Assembly: GCA_963758525.1 (NCBI GenBank)
Contig: CAVWVQ010000003.1
Location: 3,104,001-3,168,000 of the forward strand
Length of the DNA: 64,000 nt
Source: an uncultured Phycisphaerales bacterium
GTDB taxonomy: Bacteria > Planctomycetota > Phycisphaerae > Tepidisphaerales > Tepidisphaeraceae
Reading direction: 5' to 3'
The translations under genes were made by a program, and so were the position numbers. The notes beneath the pieces were generated by a model, which made no database searches, had not been told where the DNA came from, and saw nothing but the letters and a program-made list of their open reading frames with translations. Of the stretch, positions 8,713 to 18,266 are shown piece after piece (the first letter of the stretch is position 1; every line of letters starts with the position of its first letter).

Positions 8713-9390
8713 CTATTTTCGACCATGGTCGAAATACGTCACCGCAAACTGCGCCAGCGCCGTCGCGTTCGGCACGCCCACTTTCCGCTTAATACGGCTG
8801 CGGTACGTCTCAACCGTTTTAATGCTCCGGTGCAGCGCCCCGGCAATCTCCCGGTTGGACATGCCCTTCGCGATGAACGTGAGGACGCCCAATTCGCTTT
8901 CGCTGAGCCGCTCCACCGGCGATCGCTCCGCAGCGGGTTCGCCATGACTCAGCCGGGAGAGCAGGGCGGTTGAATGCTCCTCGCTGAGATAGATCCGGCC
9001 GCGAAGAATCTGCGAGATCGCTTGCACAAAGTTGCGGACAGGCTCGTTCATCCCGACATATCCGCGGGCGCCCGCGCGAAGGCATCGCTCTGGAAAATCG
9101 GGCATCTCAACGTCACAATAAATCAGCACCTGCAGTTTTGGGGAATGCTTTTTCAGGTCTCGAAGGACGTCAAAGCCGGTGTGGTCCGGGTACTTCATTC
9201 CCAGGACCACCAGGTCGGGCCGAGTGGAGTCGATCAGGCGAAGTCCCTCGTCGGGATCGTCGGTTTCAGCGACGACGCGAAAGATGTCCGCAGCCTCCCC
9301 CGTCGAATGGATGCCCAGCCGGATCATGGGGTAACGGTGAATTACCATAATACCGGTTCGTGGCGCTTTGCCAGTGCTTGTGTCAGTCAT
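8713..9390 (-). CDS. NarL/LuxR-family response regulator with an atypical receiver domain
   Basis: C-terminal LuxR HTH (LSESELGVL...GMSNREIA...SIKTVETYRSRIKRK). The receiver lacks the DD pair, phospho-Asp and Lys. Confidence 0.88.
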   Translation of the reverse strand: MTDTSTGKAPRTGIMVIHRYPMIRLGIHSTGEAADIFRVVAETDDPDEGLRLIDSTRPDLVVLGMKYPDHTGFDVLRDLKKHSPKLQVLIYCDVEMPDFPERCLRAGARGYVGMNEPVRNFVQAISQILRGRIYLSEEHSTALLSRLSHGEPAAERSPVERLSESELGVLTFIAKGMSNREIAGALHRSIKTVETYRSRIKRKVGVPNATALAQFAVTYFDHGRK

Positions 9391-9553
9391 CGCAATGCTC
9401 CTGTCTTGCCCGTAGCCTGCGTGAATCAGCGATGATCTGCACTGGCAGAGCGTTTCACCCAAACGGGGAGATCATCTGCATAAGCGACTACCTAAAGCGG
9501 TGACTGGGCGACTTCCTGCTTGCAACTCGAAACAAAAGAAGTATCCGAAAGAA

Positions 9554-9602
9554 TGTGACGCAAGTCACAGAGTGGTGTCATCCGTGTGTGATTTAAATCA
9601 CG
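9554..9602. promoter_or_regulatory. Two CRP/FNR-family-like sites
   Basis: TGTGA-cgcaag-TCACA (9554-9569) and TGTGA-tttaaa-TCACG (9587-9602) in a divergent intergenic region. Confidence 0.55.
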
Positions 9603-9698
9603 AACGGAGAACTCTTCAGTGCGGCTCACGGCGTGCTGATAGAACTGACGGAGGATCGCGCGACTGCCGCAAAGATCCAACATTCCCGGGCATCGGAC

Positions 9699-10094
9699 AT
9701 GGGCAACTCAAACCCATCTTCACTCAATGATTCCAGCATCGAATCGCAACGCGGCGATGCCGGGGTGCAGTTCGGACTGGCTTTGATCACCATTGTCACG
9801 CCCGCGAAAGCCACGCCATCGGTGAGTCATGCGAAAAGCACCTCGCTCAGCGTGCTCGGGGATGATGTCGTGGGTGAGTCGCTGTTGCGCTACACCTGGG
9901 CGGTCGTCGCAGGGCCGTCCTCGGCAGAAGTCCATTTTCCCCAAAACGGCTGCAACGCTGCAAAGAACATCACCGTCACCTTCTCCCAGCCAGGCCGATA
10001 CACCTTCGCCTGTACAATCTCGAACGGGCTGATCGGCATCGTCAGCAGCGTTGAGGTTCTCGTGGAAGAGCAGATCGCACAGTTGGCCGCCTGA
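9699..10094 (+). CDS. Hypothetical protein with a single PKD/Ig-like domain
   Basis: LSVLGDD...LRYTW...NGCNAAKNITVTFSQPGRYTFACTISNG resembles a PKD-like module of large planctomycete surface proteins. Confidence 0.6.
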   Translation: MGNSNPSSLNDSSIESQRGDAGVQFGLALITIVTPAKATPSVSHAKSTSLSVLGDDVVGESLLRYTWAVVAGPSSAEVHFPQNGCNAAKNITVTFSQPGRYTFACTISNGLIGIVSSVEVLVEEQIAQLAA

Positions 10095-10154
10095 GGGGAC
10101 CGCGCGAATAACTTGCTCAAACTGCTGTCGAAGCAAGCAAAGGGCGATTCCCCT

Positions 10155-10209
10155 GTAGCACAGCCGTCTCGGCTGTGATTTGGGGCCACAGCCGAGACAA
10201 CTGTCCTAC
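10155..10209. repeat. GTAG-type REP doublet
   Basis: GTAGcacagccgtctcggctgtg ... cacagccgagacaactgtcCTAC, between convergent genes. Confidence 0.75.
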
Positions 10210-10275
10210 GTAATTGCGGCACTTAATCGGTTCGAAATTGATCAAGTTATTCGTGCGCGAGCATTGAGCGCCCTC

Positions 10276-10773
10276 TCACTTCGTTAACGCGGCAATTTGC
10301 ACGTCCGGCAACAGAGCGCGCACCCACCCCAGCTCCTGCCCGATCACCTGGCGTCGATACCCAAAGATTGCCAAAAGCTGCCGGCGAACGCTCAGCGCGT
10401 GTGCGACCCGATCCAACGGCCAAAAGGGCAGGGCATACATCACGCGATCGGAGCACTCGGTTCCCTCTTCGACTTCGGCAAATGTGTGATGATGATGCCA
10501 CAGCCGGTATGGCCCGCGAATCTGCAGATCGATGAATTGCGTCGGCGGCTGCCAGTGGATGATGCGGGTGCGCCAACGGATCGGCAGGAAATTCCAGCGG
10601 ATCGTGTAATCGATCAGCGAGTCGTTTTGCAAATGGATCGGCTGGGGCGTTTGCACCGAGAATTTCAGCCAGGGAGGCGTGATGCGCGGCAGGTTTTCCG
10701 CCGACGAAAAAAACGACCACGTGTGCGCCAGATCGGCCGAGACAATGAATCGATCCGTCAGTTCGTAATACAT
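10276..10773 (-). CDS. SRPBCC (START/polyketide cyclase-like) family protein
   Basis: WSFFSSAENLPRITPPWL, WRTRI, FIDLQIRGPYRLWHHHHTF and IFGYR. Confidence 0.9.
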   Translation of the reverse strand: MYYELTDRFIVSADLAHTWSFFSSAENLPRITPPWLKFSVQTPQPIHLQNDSLIDYTIRWNFLPIRWRTRIIHWQPPTQFIDLQIRGPYRLWHHHHTFAEVEEGTECSDRVMYALPFWPLDRVAHALSVRRQLLAIFGYRRQVIGQELGWVRALLPDVQIAALTK

Positions 10774-10841
10774 GCTCTTTACTTTTAGGAGGGCTGGCTT
10801 AATGTCCTGCTGCTTTCAGTGGATTTGAACGGAGTTTCACC

Positions 10842-12062
10842 ATGCAGCAGCAGCAACAGCCGCCGAAAAAAATCGTCCTCGCCTACAGCGGCGGGCTCGA
10901 CACCAGCGTCATTCTCCCCTGGCTCAAGGACCGGTATCCGGGCGTGAAGCTCGTCGCGTTTGCCGCGGAACTCGGGCAGGGGGACGAGCTGAAGGGCATC
11001 GAAGACAAAGCTCGCAAGAGCGGCGCGGATGAAGTGGTCATCAAAGATCTGCGCGGCGAGTTCGCCGATGATTTCTGCCTGCCAATGCTTCGCGCTCACG
11101 CGATTTACGAAAATGACTATCTGCTGGGGACGAGCATCGCGCGCCCGATCATCGCCAAGCATCAGGTGGAAGTCGCCCGCGCTACCAACGCCGATGCGGT
11201 TGGACACGGCGCAACGTCGAAGGGGAACGATCAGGTGCGCTTCGAGCTGACGTACATGTCATTGGCCCCGGAACTGAAGATCATTGCGCCCTGGAAAGAT
11301 CCCAGTTTCGAGCTGCGCGACCGCGAAAGCGCGATCGACTACGCCAACAAAAAGGGTGTTCCCGTCGAGCAGTCAAAAAAGAAGATTTACTCGCGCGACC
11401 GCAATCTCTGGCACATCAGCCACGAGGGCGCGGATCTGGAGTCGCCGGCGAATGAGCCGAAGGACGACCTCTGGCTGATCTCCGTTCCCGTCTCACAGGC
11501 GCCCGATGCGCCCGAATACGTCTCAATCGATTTCCGCGGCGGAAATCCCATCGCGCTCAACGGCAGGGAAATGCCCGCCGCCGAGCTGATTGCGGCGTTA
11601 AACACGATCGGCGGGAAACACGCCGTGGGGCAAACCCAGCTCGCCGAAAATCGCCTGGTCGGCATGAAGTCGCGCGGCGCCTACGAGACGCCCGGCGGAA
11701 CGATCCTCTACGAAGCCCACAAGGCGTTGGAGCAGATCACGATCGAGCGTGACACGTTTCATTACAAGCAGCAGGTGGCCCTTCGCTACGCTGAGATGGT
11801 CTACAACGGCCAGTGGTTTCACCCCTTGCGAGAAGCGCTGCAGGCATTTGTCGACCACACCCAGGCCGCCGTGACCGGGCAGGTGAAAGTGAAGCTCTTC
11901 AAAGGCCGCGCGACCGCCGCCGGTGTCACCAGTCCGCATTCGCTCTACGATCCGCAGTTGGCGAGTTTCAGCATGGAAGGGTACGACGTGACCGCCGCCC
12001 GCGGCTTCATCGATTTGTACGGCCTGCCGATGAAAGTCGCCTCGCAAGTTCGCAAGTGGTGA
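10842..12062 (+). CDS. argG: Argininosuccinate synthase
   Basis: KIVLAYSGGLDTS, YLLGTSIARP, HGATSKGNDQVRFE, YSRDRNLWHISHEG and ENRLVGMKSRGAYETPGG. Confidence 0.98.
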   Translation: MQQQQQPPKKIVLAYSGGLDTSVILPWLKDRYPGVKLVAFAAELGQGDELKGIEDKARKSGADEVVIKDLRGEFADDFCLPMLRAHAIYENDYLLGTSIARPIIAKHQVEVARATNADAVGHGATSKGNDQVRFELTYMSLAPELKIIAPWKDPSFELRDRESAIDYANKKGVPVEQSKKKIYSRDRNLWHISHEGADLESPANEPKDDLWLISVPVSQAPDAPEYVSIDFRGGNPIALNGREMPAAELIAALNTIGGKHAVGQTQLAENRLVGMKSRGAYETPGGTILYEAHKALEQITIERDTFHYKQQVALRYAEMVYNGQWFHPLREALQAFVDHTQAAVTGQVKVKLFKGRATAAGVTSPHSLYDPQLASFSMEGYDVTAARGFIDLYGLPMKVASQVRKW

Positions 12063-12072
12063 ACGATTGAAT

Positions 12073-12172
12073 TGTGGTGCACGCTTCCAAGCTGCACCAA
12101 CGTAGGGTCCGCTCGGCGGGCACCGAGTGATCATTCATCTGGAAACAAGCGCGGTCGCCCGCCGTGCGGACC
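12073..12172. repeat. REP-like palindromes (a GTGG unit followed by a GTAG doublet)
   Basis: gtggtgcacgcttccaagctgcac, with a similar unit near 37166. GTAGggtccgctcggcgggcaccg pairs with cggtcgcccgccgtgcggacc. Confidence 0.6.
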
Positions 12173-12218
12173 ATCCTCGGAGTTCGCGGGAATTCCCCGT
12201 CTCACGTATGAATCACTG

Positions 12219-13070
12219 ATGCAAATTGCCATTCGCGACGCCTGCGTTCCGCTTGCTCCCGGCCGACATCTTCTCGACGTGCTCGCCGAGCTTGGCATCG
12301 CGTCGGTCGAGTTGCTGCTCGATTCCGAGCTGAGCGTTCCTTCGCTCCAGCTTTCCCTCAGGGACGCCGTCGCCGTACACTCCCTTCGGGAACAGCTTGC
12401 CATCCGCGGTATAAACGTTTGTGCATTGCTGCTGGGAACCGATTTTTCCGGGCCCGCTTCCGAAGCGCACGTTCAGTGGGCGATCGGGGCTGCGCATCTT
12501 GCCCGGGAACTCGGCGCCCCCGTCATCCGCATCGACGCACACACTCCCGACAGGTCGCTGCCATCGCAGACCGTTCGCGACAACATGATCCGCTGCGCCA
12601 GCAGGATTCTGGCTGAAACCGCCGGTACCGGCATCGATCTCGGGTTGGAAAATCACGCATTCTTCTCCAACGATCCGGAGTTTCTCGACGCGGTCTTCGA
12701 TTCCGTCGACGATCCACGCCTCGGCCTCACTCTCGACACGGGCAACTTCTACTGGTTCGGCTGCCCGCTCGATGAGCTCTACGCGCTGTTCGAGAAATAC
12801 GCGGCCCGCGTGAAACACACCCACATCAAAAGCATTCATTTCCCTCCGGAGATGGCCCGCCAGCGCCGCCCGATTGGCTGGGAGTATGGTCAATTTCGCT
12901 GCCCGCTGGACGAGGGAGACATCGATCTGTCGCGCGTCGTGGGCATTCTCCGGAACGCGGGCTATTCCCGCACGCTCTGCATCGAAAACGAAGCGCTCAG
13001 CAAATTCAACGAAGCCGAGCGGTTGGACGTGATTCGCCGCGACGTGCAAGCGCTTCGCCGAGCGATGTGA
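12219..13070 (+). CDS. Sugar phosphate isomerase/epimerase (xylose isomerase-like TIM barrel)
   Basis: LGLENH, LTLDTGNF, HTHIK, GDID and LCIENE. Confidence 0.88.
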   Translation: MQIAIRDACVPLAPGRHLLDVLAELGIASVELLLDSELSVPSLQLSLRDAVAVHSLREQLAIRGINVCALLLGTDFSGPASEAHVQWAIGAAHLARELGAPVIRIDAHTPDRSLPSQTVRDNMIRCASRILAETAGTGIDLGLENHAFFSNDPEFLDAVFDSVDDPRLGLTLDTGNFYWFGCPLDELYALFEKYAARVKHTHIKSIHFPPEMARQRRPIGWEYGQFRCPLDEGDIDLSRVVGILRNAGYSRTLCIENEALSKFNEAERLDVIRRDVQALRRAM

Positions 13071-13185
13071 AGCGTCCCCGCAGCGGCCTGCCGGCCCGGC
13101 TGGTTTACCCGTGCGAAATCACGTTAAGCCCAGGTATTTCTGCGCAATCCTTGGCGTTGTGTGTGAGAAGCGTGGCGCCGTGACG

Positions 13186-14393
13186 TCACTTGGGCGCGGC
13201 GGGCAACGTGAGATCCGCCGTCACGGTGATCGATGCGTCATCCCGAAAAATCTTGATCGGCGTCTTGCCGTCGCAGGCGGCCATCGCCGCGGCCAGCGAA
13301 CTGACATCCGAGACAGGTTCCCCATGGAACGACTCAAATAGATCGCCGGACTTGATGCCGGCCTTCTCGGCAGGGGAATCTGGAAGCACTCTTTCGACGC
13401 ATACCGCGCGGTGTTGATTGCGTCCGGCGTCGGCGAGGATCACTTCGCGGATCACCACGCCCAGCGTCGGGCGGCGGACCGCGCCGTGTTGTGCGATTTC
13501 ATTGGCAATCAGACGGCAGGCGGAGCCGCTGAGCATTTCGCCGGCGCGCGCGACGCCGGCCAAATGACCGTCGGTCGCCAAGACGTATCCCCAGTCGTGC
13601 TCGCCGCCTGTCCAGACACCCAGCCGCGCGGCTCCATCGATCGGTGAAACAAACAGACAGACCGAGCCCACGTCAATGCGATCTCCCAGCGGCATCGGCT
13701 TGCCGGGGGCGCCGTCGACCTGCACTATTGTGACGTTCGTCTGCCGGTCCGATCCGACATATTTCGCTTCGAGAATCTTGCCGTTCCCGTCGGCAAGCCT
13801 GATCGGCTGCGCCGCGCAGGTCTCGCGTTCGACATATATCGGCACCAGCACGTGCCCTTTGTCGTCGAGCACCAGCCCGACATGAGTCGCCGCAAAATCC
13901 GAGGGGGGCGCGGCATTCATATGCAACGGTCCGCCCGGCGCGCCCGGCGGCGGCGCCTCCTGCTGCTGCGGCGGTTGAACGACGATGATTGTGCCGGGCT
14001 GCGTCGTCGAGGGTTGCGTGTCGGGGTTGGCGCCGGCGGGTGGCTGCGCTTGGATCACGTAGCTGCCGTTCGGATAGAAACGGATCGTGGCCTGACTATT
14101 TGAGGAGAAGGAGTTTTGCCGCTGCTGCTCGGCAATGCGCTGCTTCACCGCCGGATCGAGCTGCTGATATTTATTGATGGGGGCAAGGGTGTAATCATTG
14201 ACCCATTGCGGCGCAGGCAACTGAACGTGCAGCATGCTGCTCTGCGCCTGCTGATAGAGCGAGTGAACCTCGCGGTCCAGTTCCTCCAGCGCGGGCGCGT
14301 CGCGGGCGCGTCGTCAGCGCGAACTTGCAGCGCTGCCATGCAAAAAGACGCCGCCGCGGCCAGGCAGATTCGGGTTGTTCGGGCGAAGTGCAT
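13186..14393 (-). CDS. Secreted HtrA/DegP-like protein (degenerate trypsin-like fold plus PDZ; frameshift near 14292)
   Basis: Signal peptide in ORF 14145-14396 joins ORF 13186-14235 via ALEELDREVHSL. PDZ motifs RPTLGV and SPAEKAGIKSGD. Confidence 0.8.
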
Positions 14394-14404
14394 CAATCTG
14401 TTCT

Positions 14405-15013
14405 TTAGAAATGGTCGGACACCAGCGTCACGTGCCCGTTCTCCACATCCTGTTGCCGTTCCACGACCTTCCCGAGGTCCTGCGCGAAGTGCTGGGCCTC
14501 TTCCAGCTTGTTGAACTTCTGCACCGCGAGCACTTTTCCGCTGTCGTCAGTCAGTTCCACCTGATAGGCGCCGGCAGGCAGATCGCTTGCCGGCTGGCTG
14601 ACAAACTGAATCTGCCGTTGCGGAGCGGGGGCCAGCGTGCTGACCGCGACGGGCGTTTGGCCAGGTTGTGCGCCGGGAGCGCGCCCCCACATGTACCAAC
14701 CGCCGCCAAGCCCGACGAGGATGCACGCCGCCGCTGCGCCGCCGACGCGGGTGAACCACGACACGCTCGACATCAGCCGCTGCCGGCGGCAGTTGCGGAC
14801 GACTTTCGCGGCGAACGCGCTGGCTTCGGTTTCGCCCGGCTCCAGCGACTCCCAAACCGCCATGCGGGCGCGGCGTTGCTTCCGCAGGGAGTCCAGGGCC
14901 GCGGTCAACGCCGGGTCGTCGGTCAACCGCCTGCTGATGCGCTCCACCTCGTCGGACGAAAGGGCGTCGTCGAGATACGCTTCCAGAAGTTCTTCGTCTT
15001 GCTCACTGAACAT
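14405..15013 (-). CDS. Membrane-anchored anti-sigma factor
   Basis: N-terminal LLEAYLDDALS anti-sigma-like helix, one TM helix (AAAACILVGLGGGWYMW), downstream of an ECF sigma gene. Confidence 0.75.
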   Translation of the reverse strand: MFSEQDEELLEAYLDDALSSDEVERISRRLTDDPALTAALDSLRKQRRARMAVWESLEPGETEASAFAAKVVRNCRRQRLMSSVSWFTRVGGAAAACILVGLGGGWYMWGRAPGAQPGQTPVAVSTLAPAPQRQIQFVSQPASDLPAGAYQVELTDDSGKVLAVQKFNKLEEAQHFAQDLGKVVERQQDVENGHVTLVSDHF

Positions 15014-15123
15014 GATGACTCAGCCGATCTGTACAAGTGCACCGGCGCGAGCGCTGGTGCGGGTAAAACGCCGCCCTTTGGGCGGCCGCTAAACAGTGGT
15101 GGACCTTGCATCGCGCAAGATGT

Positions 15124-15659
15124 CTATTCCTTTCCTATCTTGTGCTTCACATTGTTGTCCTTTTCGCCGCCGAGCATCTGCGCCAGTTGCCGCCGGGCGC
15201 GGTGAATCCAGGTTTTCACCTGCGGAATGCTCGCCCCCAATTCTTCGGCGATCTGCGTATACGGCATATTCTCGTACTCACACAAAACCAGCGCCGCACG
15301 GAAGTTTTCCGGGAGCCGATCGATTGCGGCCCGCACCTCTGAGACCGTTTCGCGATCGATCATCGCTCCCAGAGGTGAATCGGAGCGGCCCGGCTGCTCG
15401 TCGCCGACGGTCCCCATGCGGGGACGACGCAGGATGCGCAACGCTTCGTTGACCACCGACCGTCGCAGAAGTCCCCCCGGGTCGCGCCAATCGTAGCGCG
15501 ACCGGTGCTCGTACAGGTTCGTCAGCGCCTGCTGCACCACGTCTTCAGGCGACGTTCGCGTGCCGACAATCCCGCGCCAACGGCCAAAAGCCGGCGGGAG
15601 TGCGTTTGCACCGCCCGCTCGAACAGTTTGTCGACCTCCGCGCTCTCAGCCAGTGACAC
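15124..15659 (-). CDS. ECF sigma-70 factor (frameshift near 15578)
   Basis: Region 2 (FERAV...RLLA, PEDVVQQA) and region 4 (LPENFRAALVL...YTQIAEELG...VKTWIHRAR). Start GTG about 15659. Confidence 0.88.
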
Positions 15660-15934
15660 GCGCCAGCTCCGTTGAAGTTTCAGCCCGACGCAGGGTGTAC
15701 CGCGTCCGATAGAAACATGGGTGTAAGCCCGTCAGTGCATCTTATTCCGGTTTCACGGCGTATGTAACGGGCTGATCTGCTGAGAACGGTATCGCGGATT
15801 TGGAAAGAAAGCGCGGTTATGAAACCGTTCTTGCGCGTTTTGATGGCGGCGGTCGAATTGGGTGTGCTTCCCGACCCCCACCGCCGTGGCTTGCCCTTCG
15901 CGGACTGCTATTAGTGTCGGCTACACTTGCAGGC

Positions 15935-17058
15935 ATGAGCAAAATCCTTGTCTGCTCCGCTGCGGTCGGCGCAGGGCACATGCGGGCGGCCCAGGCGGTC
16001 GAACTGGCGCTGCGGGAGCTGGCGCCGCGGGCCGACGTTCAAAACGTCGACGTTCTGTCGCTGACGAACGCCGCCTTTCGGCGAGTGTACGGGAAGACCT
16101 ATCTCGATCTGGTGAACCGGGCGCCGCACGTGCTAGGCTACTTCTACGATATGATGGACCGACCGCGCCCGGCCGACTCCAAACGCGACAAGGTTCGACT
16201 CCTCCTCGAGAAGGCCAACGTCAAACGGCTCACCGAAATGCTGCTCGACGGCGCGTGGGACGTGATCGTCAATACCCACTTTCTCCCCGCGGAGTTGATC
16301 GCGAGTCTGCGGCGCGGCAAAAAAACCCGCGTCCCGCAGGTGATCGTGACCACGGATTTTGAAACCCATCGGCTCTGGGTAAACGAGCCTTGCGAAATGT
16401 ACACGACGGCCACCGACGAGGGCTCGGCCTATCTGCACCACTGGGGCGTGAGCGAAGACCGCCTCGCCGTCACCGGAATTCCGATCCATCCCGTGTTCAG
16501 CCAGAAGAAGGACCGCGGCAAATGTCTTGCCGCCCACGGACTGACCGGCGATCGGCCGATCGTACTGCAAGTGGCGGGGGGATTCGGCGTTGGGCCGATC
16601 GAAAAGCTTTACCGCGGAATACTGGAGGTCGAGCAGCCATTGGAAGTGGTGGTCGTCGCGGGGCGCAATGAAAAAGCGCAACGCAGCTCGACCAGGTCAA
16701 GCCTCCGGCGCGTCATCGCGTGAAGGTGCTGGGCTTTACGACGCAGATCGACGAACTCATGGCGGTCGCGGATGTGGTGATGAGCAAGCCAGGCGGGCTG
16801 ACCACTTCAGAAGTGCTCGCTCGCGGCGCGGCCATGGTGATCGTCAATCCGATCCCCGGGCAGGAGAGCCGCAACAGCGATTTTCTGCTGGAGAATGGCG
16901 CCGCGATCAAGATCAACAATCTGGGAACGATGAAGATGAAGTTGGAGGCGCTGCTCTCAGATGCCTCGCGGCTGCGAACGATGAAAGCGAATGCGCTGAA
17001 GCTGGCGAAGCCGCAAGCGGCGTTCGAAGTGGCGCGGATTGCGCTGCGATACGTGTAA
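15935..17058 (+). CDS. MGDG synthase / UgtP-like diacylglycerol glycosyltransferase (GT28; frameshift near 16680)
   Basis: GAGHMRAAQA, NTHFLP, VTTDF, VTGIPI, GRN, then GFT, SKPGGLTTSE and PIPGQE in the next frame. Confidence 0.9.
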
Positions 17059-17069
17059 GCCGCAACCCA

Positions 17070-17480
17070 CTACGCTTCAGGCAGCGGATGATCTTTCAGG
17101 AATTGAAACAGGCGCATGATGCGAATACCCCGCCACGGATCCAGTACAAGCAGATCCTGGTCTTCGGTTAAGACGATGTCCACCGAACCTGCCAGCGCTA
17201 GCGCCAGCACATAGTTATCGTCAGGATCGCGGCAATCTCCGGCGGCATCCAAGTTCGACGTCACCGCATGGCCATATCGCTGCATGCGATCCACAAGCTC
17301 TTCCACTGCCTCCGGCGCAATCTCCAGTCTGGGTCGCGCAGCTACGTCGCGAAGTTCGAGAAACTGCTCTTGGTGATACATGAGCAGATGCGTGAGCGGC
17401 GCAAGCTTGAAGAATTGCCGTGCAGGCCCCGGCGAGCGCAGGGCGCGAATCATCAGATTCGTGTCAACCACCAACCGCAC
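17070..17480 (-). CDS. PIN-domain toxin (putative TA system)
   Basis: MRLVVDTN, CRDPDDNYVLALA and LTEDQDLL. Confidence 0.9.
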   Translation of the reverse strand: MRLVVDTNLMIRALRSPGPARQFFKLAPLTHLLMYHQEQFLELRDVAARPRLEIAPEAVEELVDRMQRYGHAVTSNLDAAGDCRDPDDNYVLALALAGSVDIVLTEDQDLLVLDPWRGIRIMRLFQFLKDHPLPEA

Positions 17481-17706
17481 GCTGACGGTCCTCCCGCCGC
17501 TGCCGGCGAACTGCGTCCACTTCCGCCTGGATTTGCTCGTCCGTCAGCTCCCCCGGCGATCCACGTCTCCGGTCAGAATCGGAGAGCGCTGCCTCGAACC
17601 TTTCGGCAAGGAGACCATCCAACAACGATCGGCGCTCCTCCGGCGAAAGCTGTCGAGCCAAGTCCCGGAGTTGATCGACCGTAATGGAAATTGTCAAACT
17701 GGCCAT
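17464..17706 (-). CDS. Putative antitoxin of the PIN toxin
   Basis: 80-aa ORF overlapping the toxin start, ending LTDEQIQAEVDAVRR. Confidence 0.75.
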   Translation of the reverse strand: MASLTISITVDQLRDLARQLSPEERRSLLDGLLAERFEAALSDSDRRRGSPGELTDEQIQAEVDAVRRQRREDRQRAVGG

Positions 17707-17740
17707 AACATCCGAAGCGTAGCGTCGGGGGTGAAAGCGA

Positions 17741-17908
17741 TCAAACGTGCCGCTGCGATGAGAGTCGCCGGGGATCAGACCCCAACTGCTCAACTGCCTC
17801 CCGGCCACTCGTGTCAAAACGACTGCTTTTACGAGACCGCCACAGGAGCAAGACGGCGTCGTAGTCGGCTTCGGCCTTTTGCACCCACTGTTGGGTCTGA
17901 GCGGTCAT
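17741..17908 (-). pseudogene. Truncated HEPN-domain protein
   Basis: MTAQTQQWVQKAEADY is a HEPN-like N-terminus overlapping the MNT gene. Similarity is lost after about 30 aa. Confidence 0.65.
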
Positions 17909-18245
17909 GCAGGATGATTCCTTTCTCCAAGACCTCCACGACAAACCACTCGCGTTCGCTTATTGACCTGCGAAGCTCGGCGGCCGAGCGAACCAGCAGA
18001 TCCATGGGGAAAGTGACCGTGACCGCGAGTCGAATCCGCGTGGCCGTCCGATGACCCGGCCCGCGGTGCGGCATCACGATCAGAATATCCACGTCGGAGT
18101 CGGAAGTGGGTTCGCCATATGCATACGAGCCGAAAAGAATAATCTTCTCGGGCTTGAACAGGCGAACCACATCGTCCGCGAATCGCACAATGACACTCGC
18201 GTCGATCGAACGGTCGCGATGTAAGGTGCTTGCGGCGTTGTGCAT
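17829..18245 (-). CDS. Minimal nucleotidyltransferase (MNT) domain protein
   Basis: PEKIILFGSYAYG...DSDVDILIV and PMDLLV. Confidence 0.9.
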   Translation of the reverse strand: MHNAASTLHRDRSIDASVIVRFADDVVRLFKPEKIILFGSYAYGEPTSDSDVDILIVMPHRGPGHRTATRIRLAVTVTFPMDLLVRSAAELRRSISEREWFVVEVLEKGIILHDRSDPTVGAKGRSRLRRRLAPVAVS

Positions 18246-18266
18246 TTTGATTCGGAGTCTGTCGCG

